Of a stretch of 64,000 nt of DNA, positions 52,840-64,000 are shown piece by piece. The DNA is taken from NCBI GenBank assembly GCA_951406725.2, contig OX597822.1:34782001-34846000 (forward strand), written 5' to 3'. Under the pieces are notes generated by a model. The model had not been told where the DNA came from, ran no database searches, and was given only the letters and a program-made list of their open reading frames with translations. The stretch comes from Octopus vulgaris (lineage: Eukaryota). The position numbers were made by a program, and so were the translations under genes. How positions within the stretch are numbered: position 1 is the stretch's first letter; each line of letters starts with the position of its first letter.

Positions 52840-53577
52840 GTACTCAATATCTCAATAATACTCACCTCAGGAAGTCAACGCCTTGTCCGTCTCAAACCGT
52901 CTGTCACATGACAAATTTTCCCGATACAACTCAGAATCTTTTAAATTCCTATAGATTCAACTTGTCTATTAAGTGGAAGCGCAAGTCTGTTTAGCTTGCT
53001 TTTTACCTACAATCTTTAACAACGTACTTCGCGGCCTTCGTGTATCAACGAAGTCTTCATATCCTTTAGCAGCACGATGAATCCCCACTTAAAGTGACTC
53101 GATGCATCTTAGTCTAATTCTCGCAAGGTTCACGTTCAAGTAAGCGGAGAACATGTTTGAATATATACGATAGGCAAGTTATGCAGACTTAATAATTTCT
53201 TTATCACTCACCGAACAACGCATTTCGCATCATAGTTTTCGTTTCCACTGAGCGCATTGTAGCATTAAGATAAGCTTTGAAATATAATGTCACTATCCAA
53301 ACGAAAGGCTTCATACATCTGTAGAAACTCATACACAGTCTATCCATCCCTATTTACCAAAAATAACAGACTGGAGGTTTATTAACAAGTTGAGCTCCTA
53401 TCATTTGAACTTATCCATCTATATCTTCGAGTGTAAGAGACTGTGCCTCAGCATTAACCGTGCAGAATGCATGTTTAGTACCAAAGAAATTCTAGTCCAT
53501 CACTTGCTTTGTACTAAAAAACAAACAAACAAACAAAAACAATAGGCACAGGAGCGGCTATGTGGAAGTTTGCTTCC

Positions 53578-55210
53578 GGTTACCCAGAGTTCATTTGGTT
53601 TTTTGATTTTGTGCGAAGGAGACGTGTTTTTTTGGCTGTGCGACGTTTTACCTCTTGTGCTATGGAGGGACGTAGAACAAGAAGTTGCGTGGGCTTAAGT
53701 TGTTCTGTCTTGAGCGTTGAGGGCTATCCTTTCTCCGAGTATATGTCGTCAGATGAGGAATTGGTCAATTACTTGAACAAGATAGATAAGATTATAGAAA
53801 AGAAGAATTATGCAACGGCGACGAGAGAAGAAATTGAAGAAGTAAACCTGAAAGAGCTAAGCAAGTTCAAGGAAATATTAAAAGTAAGGAGAACGACGTG
53901 AAAGTGTCCCTCCCCCAAAAGAAGTGTTAAAGGAGAATGATGAGAAAACTATATTTTATAGAACTTACTCGATAGCAGCCAGGAAGTTCGAACTTATGTC
54001 AACAGCTCAAATGGAACAGGCACTCAAACCAATCTGGCAGGGAATTACATACCTCGCTAGAAGTAGAAAATTTGGAACAGTGGAGGTGCGGTTTCGGGAC
54101 GTAGCTACCGCCAGGCTGCATTCAGCAACACCGCTGAAAACGAATGAGGTAGTTCTTATGCCCGTTTACCTTGGCAGACGTGCTTCCAGAGTTAGGGTAG
54201 AGGAAATACCCCCGGAGGTCGATGTAGACTGACTAGTTGCTGCCGTACTGCTAGGAATGGAGGAGAAGGTGGTGGTCTTACAGGTTACCAGAACACCGCA
54301 TAGGATCTGACAGGGACAAACCCTTGATATGGTGGTACAATTGGCGGAGGGAGACATAGAAAAAGATTGTAGAGAACATCACAGTTGGAAAGATAACTTT
54401 GAAAGTTAGAGTGGAGGGAAGGATTCCAAGGTGTTATAAATGTGGCCTGAAAAGCCACATTAGAACGGAGCGCCCTCCACCACCAGAAAAGGCTAAAGAA
54501 AAACAAGAGAATTAGAATGTGGCTGGTACTCCACTACCTGCGGAGGTTGAAGAAAAGGAGAGTGAAGTGGCACCACAGATAAAGGCCAGTACCAGAGTCG
54601 AAGAAGAGGAGATAGACAAGGAATGGGAAACAGCTCGGAAGAAGAGAAGAGGAAAAAAAGGCACGCGCTTTAAAGGACGAACCCCCGTCCCACATCCACC
54701 CACACCCACTCTACCCCCGCCCTTGGAGACTCCAATTTCCCCACTCCCGCCCTTGGAAAATGTGTTATAGTGAACAGTGGGGAAAATGAAGAAGTGTATA
54801 ACGAAATAGACTCGTGAGACAGTATCATAAAGCTGGATGTATCAGTAAAGGGGATGCCCGAGTACCTTCGTTGTGTAGTGACAGACCCAGCATACATATT
54901 GAGATTAAAGGAGTTTGAGGAAAACTGTGACTATAAGTGCTGGGTCAAGGAACTGGACACCAGCTCAATACCTAAAAAAGAAAGTGTTTATATTTTAAAA
55001 ACGCACAATGATAGCTGTCGCGAATATTTCTGTTGTAAACTAATTTTTTTTAATGTTGTATTAACAGGTTCAATGAAGTCACTCGGAGGTGGGCACAAAT
55101 GGCTTTATTTCATCTTTCAATGTATTAATTAATTGTTTTCATTTTTTTGTCCCCACCTTGTGCTATCCCTTCTATGTAAGGCCTTTATGACCAATTTTCA
55201 CGAAATACAA
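53578..55210 (+). mobile_element. ORF1-only L1/Tx1-like non-LTR element (HAL1-like) inserted in a SINE A head
   Basis: TSD aag(t/c)ttgcttcc at 53566-53577 and 55211-55222; SINE A head before it and body after it; T-rich 5' leader; A-rich 3' end. Confidence 0.8.
53662..55020 (+). pseudogene. Gag-like ORF1 relic with a CCHC zinc knuckle
   Basis: Joining frames across frameshifts and stops gives ~450 codons, with V.EIPPEV and ..LKVRVEGRIPRCYKCGLKSHIRTE(R)P (knuckle 54432-54473, last Cys tgc>cgc) and EWETARKKRRGKK; resembles L1/Tx1 ORF1. Confidence 0.8.
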
Positions 55211-55310
55211 AAGCTTGCTTCCCGTGTTTCCGGGCAGGTGCCTTCTACTATAGCCTCGGGTCGACCAAAGCCTTGCGAATGGGTTTCGAAGACGAAAACT
55301 GAAAGAAGCA

Positions 55311-55357
<47 letters not shown>

Positions 55358-55656
55358 TTCTTGTATTTAGAAATGGCCATTTTGCTAGTTTAGCCAATAA
55401 AAACACACGCACTATATATTTGGTGTTACTTTGCTTCAGCGTTATTTGTTTTTTACAATAATTTTAATCTTATTTCGGCAATAGTTCTTTCGTCACACTC
55501 CTGCGACCTCATCAGTGGTCCTTTGCTTTCTTCTTTCTTATATGTGTGTCTCTCCTTTATTGGCTAAACTGGCAAAATGACCATTCCAAAATACAGCAAT
55601 ATCCGTTTCAACACACGATTTCACGTCAAGAATCTTGCAAAACAAATATATAAACG

Positions 55657-55727
<71 letters not shown>

Positions 55728-55945
55728 TTTATATATATATATATGTATTTGTGTGTTTGTGTGCTTGTCCCTCCACCATCGCTTCACAACCGATGTTGGT
55801 GTGTCTACGTCCTCGTAAAGTAGCTGTTCGGCAAAAAAGCCCGATAGAATAAGTACTAGGCTTACGAAGAATAAGTCCTGAGTTCGATTTGTTTGACTAA
55901 AGGCGGTGCTCCAGCATGGTCGCAGTCAAATAACTAAAACAAGTA
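55211..55945 (+). mobile_element. Remainder of the interrupted SINE family A, with a Penelope-like insert (~55335-55657) in its (TA)n
   Basis: cttctactatagcctcgggtcgaccaaagcc...(TA)n...insert...(TG)n...gactaaaggcggtgctccagcatgg tail. Confidence 0.8.
55477..55521 (-). ncRNA. Minimal hammerhead motif, canonical core, weak stem I
   Basis: Reverse strand ggacca-CTGATGA-g-gtcgca(ggag)tgtgac-GAAA-gaac-TA-ttgcc. Confidence 0.6.
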
Positions 55946-56613
55946 AAAGAATCAAAGAATAAGTGCGCCGGGGATTCTAGTATAACTCCGGTGTTCCTTT
56001 TAATTGTTCCCGTCCTGGGAGTGCTTAAAGGCACAGCCTTTAAGGCTCTTAGTCTAACAAATCAAACGCAGTAGACGTTTTCTACTCCTCTGCTTTGCCG
56101 AACGGCTCATTTAACCTGACTTAAACAAACCACTCGTTGTGAAGCGATGGAGGGGTTTTAATAAACAGACATAAAAGTACAAATACACGCGCGCACGCAC
56201 ACAAACTTAAGTATTAGTAAGTTCAGAAATGTAGAAGAAGGTACTTGCCAAGAGTACAATGCAAAGGGTCTGAGCCCAAAACCACGTCGTTGCAAAACGG
56301 GTTTCCTAACCACCGAGCCATGCTGGTTTATGATATTTTAATAAAAATAAAATATTAAGTAATTTAGCATGTGTTACTTCCATACAACCAGACCTCATCG
56401 CACACTTGACCCTCAGTATAACCGTGAATGGATTTAAGACAAATGGAATGAGCGACAGCGAGAGAGAAAGAAAGAGATGGGGGGAAAAGTGAGAGGGAGC
56501 ATAACAGAGTGAGAGGGTTTAAGTGATAGAGAATAGGATACAGTCTCAGATCAGAGCGAGAAAAGAAGATACTGTTTATTTGTTGTGCAATTTAAATTTC
56601 AGTTTCATTTCAT

Positions 56614-56900
56614 GTATATTTATAAAACTAAGAATGTAAGTCTGCCTGTCTATCTGTCTATCTGTCTGTCTGTATGTGTGAATCCCTAAAACTCGAGAAA
56701 TACCCAACCCATTTCGTTCAAATTTGAGATTGCATTACTTTGGGCCCATGGAATGTCATGAACCAAGAAAATTTTCAACTTCTTGCCAAATGCGTGTCCG
56801 GCGCAATCTTTTAGACTGGTTCGGTATTACGTGTCAAAAGTGAAAAAATAAGATCCATATTGTAATGTGATATATTGTTTCACTTTTATCGTTTCACTTT
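56614..56900 (+). mobile_element. Probable Helitron non-autonomous 5' fragment (second family)
   Basis: tatatttataaaa leader, (CTGT)n tract, then aaaactcgagaa...atttcgttcaaattt, a layout common in animal Helitron-N elements; 3' CTAG end not seen. Confidence 0.45.
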
Positions 56901-57288
56901 TGATTTTGTGATAAGACTATAATATTGTTTCACTTTTATTCTTCCACTTTTAATTCTAACGTGATAATACTAATATCATCTTATTTCTATAATACTTAAA
57001 ATAAATGAATAACTTATATCCTAATGTGAACAAAATTACGCATCGGCAACTTTCTACTTTTACGGCTACGACAGCGGAATGGTGTGTCAGTATATGTGTG
57101 CTGACTGACATAATGAACGGCTGGAGGTGAAACTCTTGACAAAAGCCAATGAGGTGGCAAGTCCAACGTATATAAAAAATACACATTTACCGTTCAATTA
57201 CCAATTAATGATTATCGCAGCAGCTGCTAAGTTCCAAGTTATTTACAGTCACATGTTAACCCTTAAATTAACATTTAATACATGCGTT

Positions 57289-57584
<296 letters not shown>

Positions 57585-57914
57585 TTGAGGCATTTACCGT
57601 TAAATTAGCAGTTTGTACATGTGTTTCTACTTAGTTAATTTGCTTATGTTTGGTTTATTTACACTGCATACGAAAATGTAGACATACAACTGCTTACAAA
57701 AATAGAGATTAATATATAATTTTATAAAACTTCCTTTTATTCATGTTTATCGTGTTTAATATGTGTTAGAATTTCAATTTTGTTTATAATTTTATTTTTA
57801 TATTTTTTATATAATTTTTTACAATTTTATTTTCTTTCCTGTTGGACTGCTCTTTTTTTTTGTCTATTTTGGCAGCAATCATTTTGTTTACCTCCATTCC
57901 TAAGATGGAGCAAT

Positions 57915-58180
57915 CGTCGAGCTGAGCTTAAAGAATACATTCAGTTTGCAGTGCAGGAGCTAATTCCTGAGATGGATCAAAATGTGTTCCACAACGCTAA
58001 AGATAGATTTGAAGTATGCAGAGATAGACATGTTGAAAATTTTCAATAAATGTTTGACGTAATATATATAAATCTTTTTGTTTTGGTATCATAATTAATA
58101 AACACAAATTCTGTCAGCTGTTTTTTTTTAATTTGCTTAATTTCATTGAAACAGACAGTTAATTCTGGAACACCCTTTAT
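57915..58180 (+). mobile_element. Tc1/mariner-superfamily 3'-end relic
   Basis: ELKEYIQFAVQELIPEMDQNVFHNAKDRFEVCRDRHVE resembles a transposase C-terminus; TIR-like ttctggaacaccct near 58164. Confidence 0.55.
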
Positions 58181-58419
58181 GGTGTAGCATTGTTAGTTGT
58201 TGGGTTGGTCGAGTACATATTAATATCAAAGGCCTTCTCGCCCTAAACGACCCATCTTTTTGTTTAGCATATTGTATCAAGGAGTATATAATCCAAAATG
58301 TATTACATTTATAGGCATGGCTGTGTGGCTGAGAAGCTTGCTTTCCAATCTTATCGCCTTGGGTTCAGTCCTACTGTGCGGCACGTTGGGGAATTCTCTT
58401 TCATTACAGCTCTGTCCGA

Positions 58420-59016
58420 CAAAAGAACAGCAAAGAACAGCGAGTTTCAAGATGACGAGTCATTTGATGCTTATTCACTTCGTGTGGCACCTACTCATCC
58501 AACTGTTTTACCTTGCCGGTTTGTTTCAGATGGTCCAATACAGTTGGAATCGAAACATCAAATCTTGCTGCTAACTCATGCGTTGTTTGAGATGTATCTA
58601 CTTCCACTATACTTTCCAGGCCATTATCCACCTTGGTCTCAGGTCTACCACGGTGTTGGTTTTCAAGAGAAAAGTCACCAGACTTGGACTTCTCCAACCA
58701 TCGACGTACAGTGCTCCCATCGCCATTTATCCACCAACTATCTCATTGATGTTTCGAGCTGCCTGGGATGCACTGGTCCCACAATGGAACTCATATTCAT
58801 ACACAGCACGAATTTTCGATCTTTCCATGCGTGCACAAAAATTGATTTACAAGAGAACACAATATTATCAGACACCATGAATTGCATTTCGAAGAGTGTT
58901 GATGTAACTCTTCAATGTTGTAAACCAAAGAATTGTCGGGGGAAAAGAAACATTAGAGTTAACGACTGTCGAAATTGGGGCAAAAGAAAACCGGATATTC
59001 CATTCTTAATGACCTG
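58420..59016 (-). mobile_element. Mariner 5' half relic
   Basis: SGDFSLENQHRGRPETKVDN...TTHELAARFDVSIPTVLDHLKQTGKVKQLDE*VPHE (HTH region and WVPHEL-like motif); TIR ta|tcaggtcattaagaatgg at ~59016. Confidence 0.9.
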
Positions 59017-59100
59017 ATATGCATGCATATGTGTGTATGTGTGTGTGTGTGTGCGTAAGTGTGTATGTATGTGTGCGTACGTACACATACATATATACAT

Positions 59101-59159
<59 letters not shown>

Positions 59160-59621
59160 TGTATGTATGTATATATATATATATATGTATATATATAAGT
59201 ATATATATATAGGTATATATAAATGCGTGTGTTTATGTACGTGTGTGCGTGTGTGTGTGTGAAGTGGCAGCACGTAGAAAGCCTCTAGGAACAACTTTAC
59301 TTTTCACGTACTTGCAATTTATAATATGAATTATAGTCCAATATTTTTCTTCAAGGCTCCTTCTTTTCTACCAGTTTGTCGCCTCCTACCTACCTATATA
59401 TCTATCTATCTATCTGAATGCATTTGTGTGCGTGTGTTATATATTTCACCATTAATATATAGATATTTGACATATATATTCCTCTTTGGTCCAGTATTCT
59501 AATTCGGAACAATGCTGTTGGGAATGGGCAGAAATATAACCTATATAACCTACAGTGAACTGAATTTAATCATTTTCAAAGACACATTATTTGCCCTAAA
59601 TATACATAAATATACATATAC

Positions 59622-59706
<85 letters not shown>

Positions 59707-59832
59707 TAGTCACATGGATAGATAGATAAATAGATAGACAAATGGATAGATAGATAATGTATATGTATATATAATATATTATATATATATATATATATAT
59801 ATGATAATTATATATATGTTTATACGTATATG

Positions 59833-59887
<55 letters not shown>

Positions 59888-60360
59888 CTTTGCATATATA
59901 TATATAGATGTGTGCGTGTGTGTTTATTCATATTGGAGGACATTATCTATAGACACCCTTTTCCAGATCTATTCAGCCCTTTGTACATATTGAAATTAAT
60001 TATTATTCCTCTGCTGCACGCTTTGTGATGCTAATTTCCTCGTAGACATTGACTTCTTCTATACTTTTACCATTCGCAGTTTTATTGATTTCTATTTTTA
60101 AAATCTTTGTAATGTGTATACATTCATGGAACAATTTCTATCATTATTGCTGTTAACCCTATACCGTGTATTGTTAATAGTTCTTTACACTTCAAATACT
60201 ACACTTTTATGTGGCGGGTACAAGAAACTTGAAAGCGTAGACGAGCTCTAAGGATTCTCACGGCATTTGAACAACATTATTGCATGCAAGCAATCATAGT
60301 AATATATCTTGTATTTGTTACAGTATCGTTGACATTTTAGTTATGTGAGTATGTGTGTGT

Positions 60361-60418
<58 letters not shown>

Positions 60419-60424
<6 letters not shown>

Positions 60425-60913
60425 TCTAGTTGTGTGAGTGTCTGTCCCCTTCGATTTAGATTCCTAACTCCTCCCATATTTGCGGTGCAGTTTAACCAAA
60501 TTCGGGTATCTTATAGTCGTGATTCATATCGAGCCCGTCTGACTATTAGCGCGCGTCAACGATGAGTCTACGATTTTAAAAATAATTTAACATCATTTTT
60601 TATTCCATTTTAATGCATAAAATGCATCGTATGTCGATGGCGGCGGAGTTGGCGTCCACGCTCACAGCTGCACCTGTTTGCTTCTCCCCCTTCCCTCCCT
60701 CGTGAAGCTGTGGGGAAGGGAGTGTAAAGAAATCAACGTCGTAATGCGTTGTGAAGGAAACCAGCGTTCTTTTAGAACAACGACTTCATGACTTGAAGAC
60801 ACCAAAACAAAAATGGCTAAGAAAGCCCGAATTTATAAGGGAAGTAACTCTCTAAAAATGCTTATATAGTTATTTCCCTTACAAACCCGAGCAACGCCGG
60901 GCGATACTGCTAG
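60419..60913 (+). mobile_element. Non-autonomous Helitron (same family as 15728-16127)
   Basis: Shared 5' and 3' parts, hairpin cccgagcaacgccggg, CTAG|T end; different internal segment; 5' end lost in (TA)n. Confidence 0.85.
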
Positions 60914-60931
60914 TATATATATATATATAAT

Positions 60932-61337
60932 CTTTTATTCTTTCAGTCTTTTATCAGTTTCAGGGATTTGACTGTAGACATGCTGGAGCACCACCTTTAG
61001 TCAAACAAATCGCCCCACACAACTTGTTCTGGTACTTATTCTATCGGTCTCTTTCGCCAGCCCGCTTGTTTACCGGGACGTAAGCACATCAACATCTGTT
61101 GTCAAGCGATGGTGGGGTGACAAAGACGCGCAAATACATACATACACACGCATACATACACACACATATATACGAAGGGGGTTCTTTCTGTTCCGTCAAC
61201 CAAATCCACTCACAGTGCCTTGGTCAACCGGAGGTTTTAGTAGAAAACATTTACCCAAGGTGTCACGGAGTGGGACTGAACCAGGGACCATGTGGTTGTG
61301 AAGAAACATCTTACCACACAGTCACTCCTGCGCCTAT
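60932..61337 (-). mobile_element. SINE family A
   Basis: Reverse copy ending cactcctgcgcctata. Confidence 0.85.
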
Positions 61338-61358
61338 ATATATATATATATATATGTG

Positions 61359-61393
<35 letters not shown>

Positions 61394-61418
61394 CTGTGTA
61401 CATATATATATATATGTA

Positions 61419-61585
61419 TAGGCGCAGGAGTGGCTGTGTGGTAAATAGCTTGCTAATCAACCACATGGTTCCGGGTTCAGTCCCACTGCGTGGCATCTTG
61501 GGCAAGTATCTTCTGCTATAGCCCCGGGCCGACCAAAGCCTTGCGAGTGGATTTGGTAGACGAAAACTGAAAGAAGCCTGTCGTA

Positions 61586-61622
<37 letters not shown>

Positions 61623-61631
61623 GTGTGCGTG

Positions 61632-61676
<45 letters not shown>

Positions 61677-61882
61677 TTGTGTGTGTGTGTGTTTGTCCCC
61701 TAGCATTGCTTGACAACCGATGCTGGTGTGTTTACGTCTCCGTCACTTAGCGGTTCGGCAAAAGAGACCGGTAGAATAAGTACTGGGCTTACAAAGAATA
61801 AGTCGGGGGTCGACTTGCTCGACTAAAGGTGGTGCTTCAGCATGGCCGCAGTCAAATGACTGAAACCAGTAAAAGAAAAGAA
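61419..61882 (+). mobile_element. SINE family A
   Basis: Near-consensus full copy. Confidence 0.92.
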
Positions 61883-61886
61883 TAGT

Positions 61887-62220
61887 GAAGGCACATGGCT
61901 CAATGGTTAGAGCGTCGAGCTTACGATCGTGAGGTTGTGAGCTCGACTCCCTGACCGGGCAGCCTGTTATGTTCTTGAGCAAGACACTTTATTTCACTTT
62001 GCTCCAGTTTACTCAGCTTTAGAAATGAGTTGCGACTTCACAGGTGCCAAGCTGCATTGGCTTTTGCCTTTCCCTTGGATGACACTGGTGGCGTGGTGAG
62101 GGGAGACCGGTATGCATGAGCAACTGCTGATCTTCTACGAATAACCTTGCCGGACGTATGCATTGGAGGGCAACTTTCTAGGTGCAATCCCATGGTCTGT
62201 GACGTGACTGAAGGGAGTTT
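61887..62220 (+). mobile_element. SINE family D
   Basis: Matches 19745-20073. Confidence 0.88.
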
Positions 62221-62321
62221 CAGCATGTATATATATATATATATTTATATATGTGTGTGTGTGTATATATATACATATATATGTGTATTTATATGTACAT
62301 ATTTTTATATATGTGTATATA

Positions 62322-62412
<91 letters not shown>

Positions 62413-62437
62413 AGGTTTGGAGATGATGTACAGGTAT

Positions 62438-62684
62438 TATATATTAGAAGAAATGAGGTAGTCAGATCGGATGGTTCATATTTATAGATATTTATTTATA
62501 TATTACATTTTTTACATATATATATCATATCATTCAAATTTGATTTGAAGACCCCACTGGAATGGGAGAAAGCGCTAATAATCCGAATGATATGATCTGA
62601 ATGATATGATATATATATGTAAAAAATGTAATATATAAATAAATATCTATAAATATGAACCATCCGATCTGATTACCTCATTTC

Positions 62685-62696
<12 letters not shown>
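62438..62696. mobile_element. Fold-back Penelope-like terminal module with a central hammerhead motif
   Basis: ~100-bp inverted arms (gaaatgaggtagtcagatcggatggttcatatttatagata / tatctataaatatgaaccatccgatctgattacctcatttc); (TA)n on both sides. Confidence 0.8.
62540..62582 (+). ncRNA. Minimal hammerhead motif, slightly decayed
   Basis: ttgat-TTGAAGA-cccca(ctggaa)tggga-GAA-agcgct-a-ataat; palindromic AGCGCU, triplet CUA, C3>U. Confidence 0.65.
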
Positions 62697-62733
<37 letters not shown>

Positions 62734-63258
62734 GTGTGTGTGTATATATACATATATATTTAATATCTATTACATTATAAACGGTGTTTATATTGACTAG
62801 GAATAAGGTACGCGATGAATATCCAAACAATCTTATTTAAACTGCATTAAACTTTGGCAAGCTTAACTTTAAGTATTCTGAGTTACTTAAAAGGTGATGT
62901 TCCTTTCTCATTCTTCTATTTGTTGATACCTTTGCTTATCTACCAATGCGATGTTTCACTTTAAGGATGCTTATTTACCCATCCATTATGATATTTCGGC
63001 TGTTGTCGATTGTTTGAAATATGTTTTAGCATTGTCATTCTAGCCCTTTTTAAACAATCACATATGATTCTTCGCAAAGAATCAACCTTCAAATAAGAGT
63101 TTTGCTTCCACTAGTGAAAGCTAAACGTATCTTTCAGAAAGCCAGGCATTAAAATACGCTTCAACACTCGAATTCGCATAAAGATTCTTGCAAACCAAAT
63201 ACAAAACGAAATCTATCTATCGATATATACAGATATACATTCATACATACATATATAT

Positions 63259-63289
<31 letters not shown>

Positions 63290-63371
63290 CATTCATACAT
63301 ACATACATACATATATACATTCATACATACATATATACATCCATACATACATATATACATACATTCATACA

Positions 63372-63404
<33 letters not shown>

Positions 63405-63411
63405 GTATGTA

Positions 63412-63460
<49 letters not shown>

Positions 63461-63463
<3 letters not shown>

Positions 63464-63798
63464 GACGCATGGCTCAGTGGTTAGTGCGTCGAGCTTACGA
63501 TCGTGAGGTTTAGAGCTCGAATCCCGGACCGGGCTGCGTGTTGTGTTCTTGAGCAAGACACTTTATTTCACGTTGCTCCAGTTCACTCAGCTGTAGAAAT
63601 GAGTTGCGACGTCACGGGTGCCAAGCTGTATCGGCCTTTGTCTTTCCCTTGGATAACACTGGTGGCGTGGAGAGGAGAGGCCGGTATGCATGGGCGACTG
63701 CTGGTCTTCCATAAACCACATTGCCCAGACTTGTGACTAGGAGGGCAACTTTCTAGGTGCAATCCCATGGTTAGTGTCGTGATCGACGGGGGTCCCCC

Positions 63799-63800
<2 letters not shown>
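63461..63800 (+). mobile_element. SINE family D
   Basis: Matches 19745-20073; flanked by (TA)n. Confidence 0.9.
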
Positions 63801-63862
<62 letters not shown>

Positions 63863-64000
63863 GTATATGCATACAAACACATGTATATATATATTCCAGC
63901 ACATACAGACAGTGATTCTGCTACACACATACATTCTAATGCATACTTCCTTATTCTATTAATCCTATATATATATTTTAATACACGCATATATATTCCC

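Noticed and set aside
58298-59017. 239-aa plus-strand ORF, the longest in the window
   Set aside because: It is the antisense frame of a mariner relic joined to a SINE head; no independent coding signal

Overview
AT-rich, repeat-saturated eukaryotic DNA. The SINE repertoire and very dense (TA)n/(CA)n/(GATA)n microsatellites suggest an octopus or other coleoid cephalopod (inference). No intact host protein-coding gene is supported; most listed ORFs are microsatellite or SINE read-throughs. The window holds about 40 copies of four tRNA-derived SINE families (A-D), decayed DNA transposons (several Tc1/mariner, one Chapaev3-like, Helitron non-autonomous copies) and non-LTR retroelement relics (RTE, R4/Dong-like, an ORF1-only L1/Tx1-like element). 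The most interesting signals are three. (1) Minimal type I hammerhead ribozyme motifs of the Penelope-like-element kind sit in fold-back modules beside (TA)n tracts; one near-perfect 283-bp palindrome carries an intact G3:C8 core-swapped hammerhead on each strand. (2) A repeat joins a tRNA/Pol III head to such a hammerhead. (3) A TSD-flanked ORF1-only (HAL1-like) retroelement is inserted in a SINE head. Repeat boundaries were read by eye and are approximate unless a TSD or TIR is quoted.
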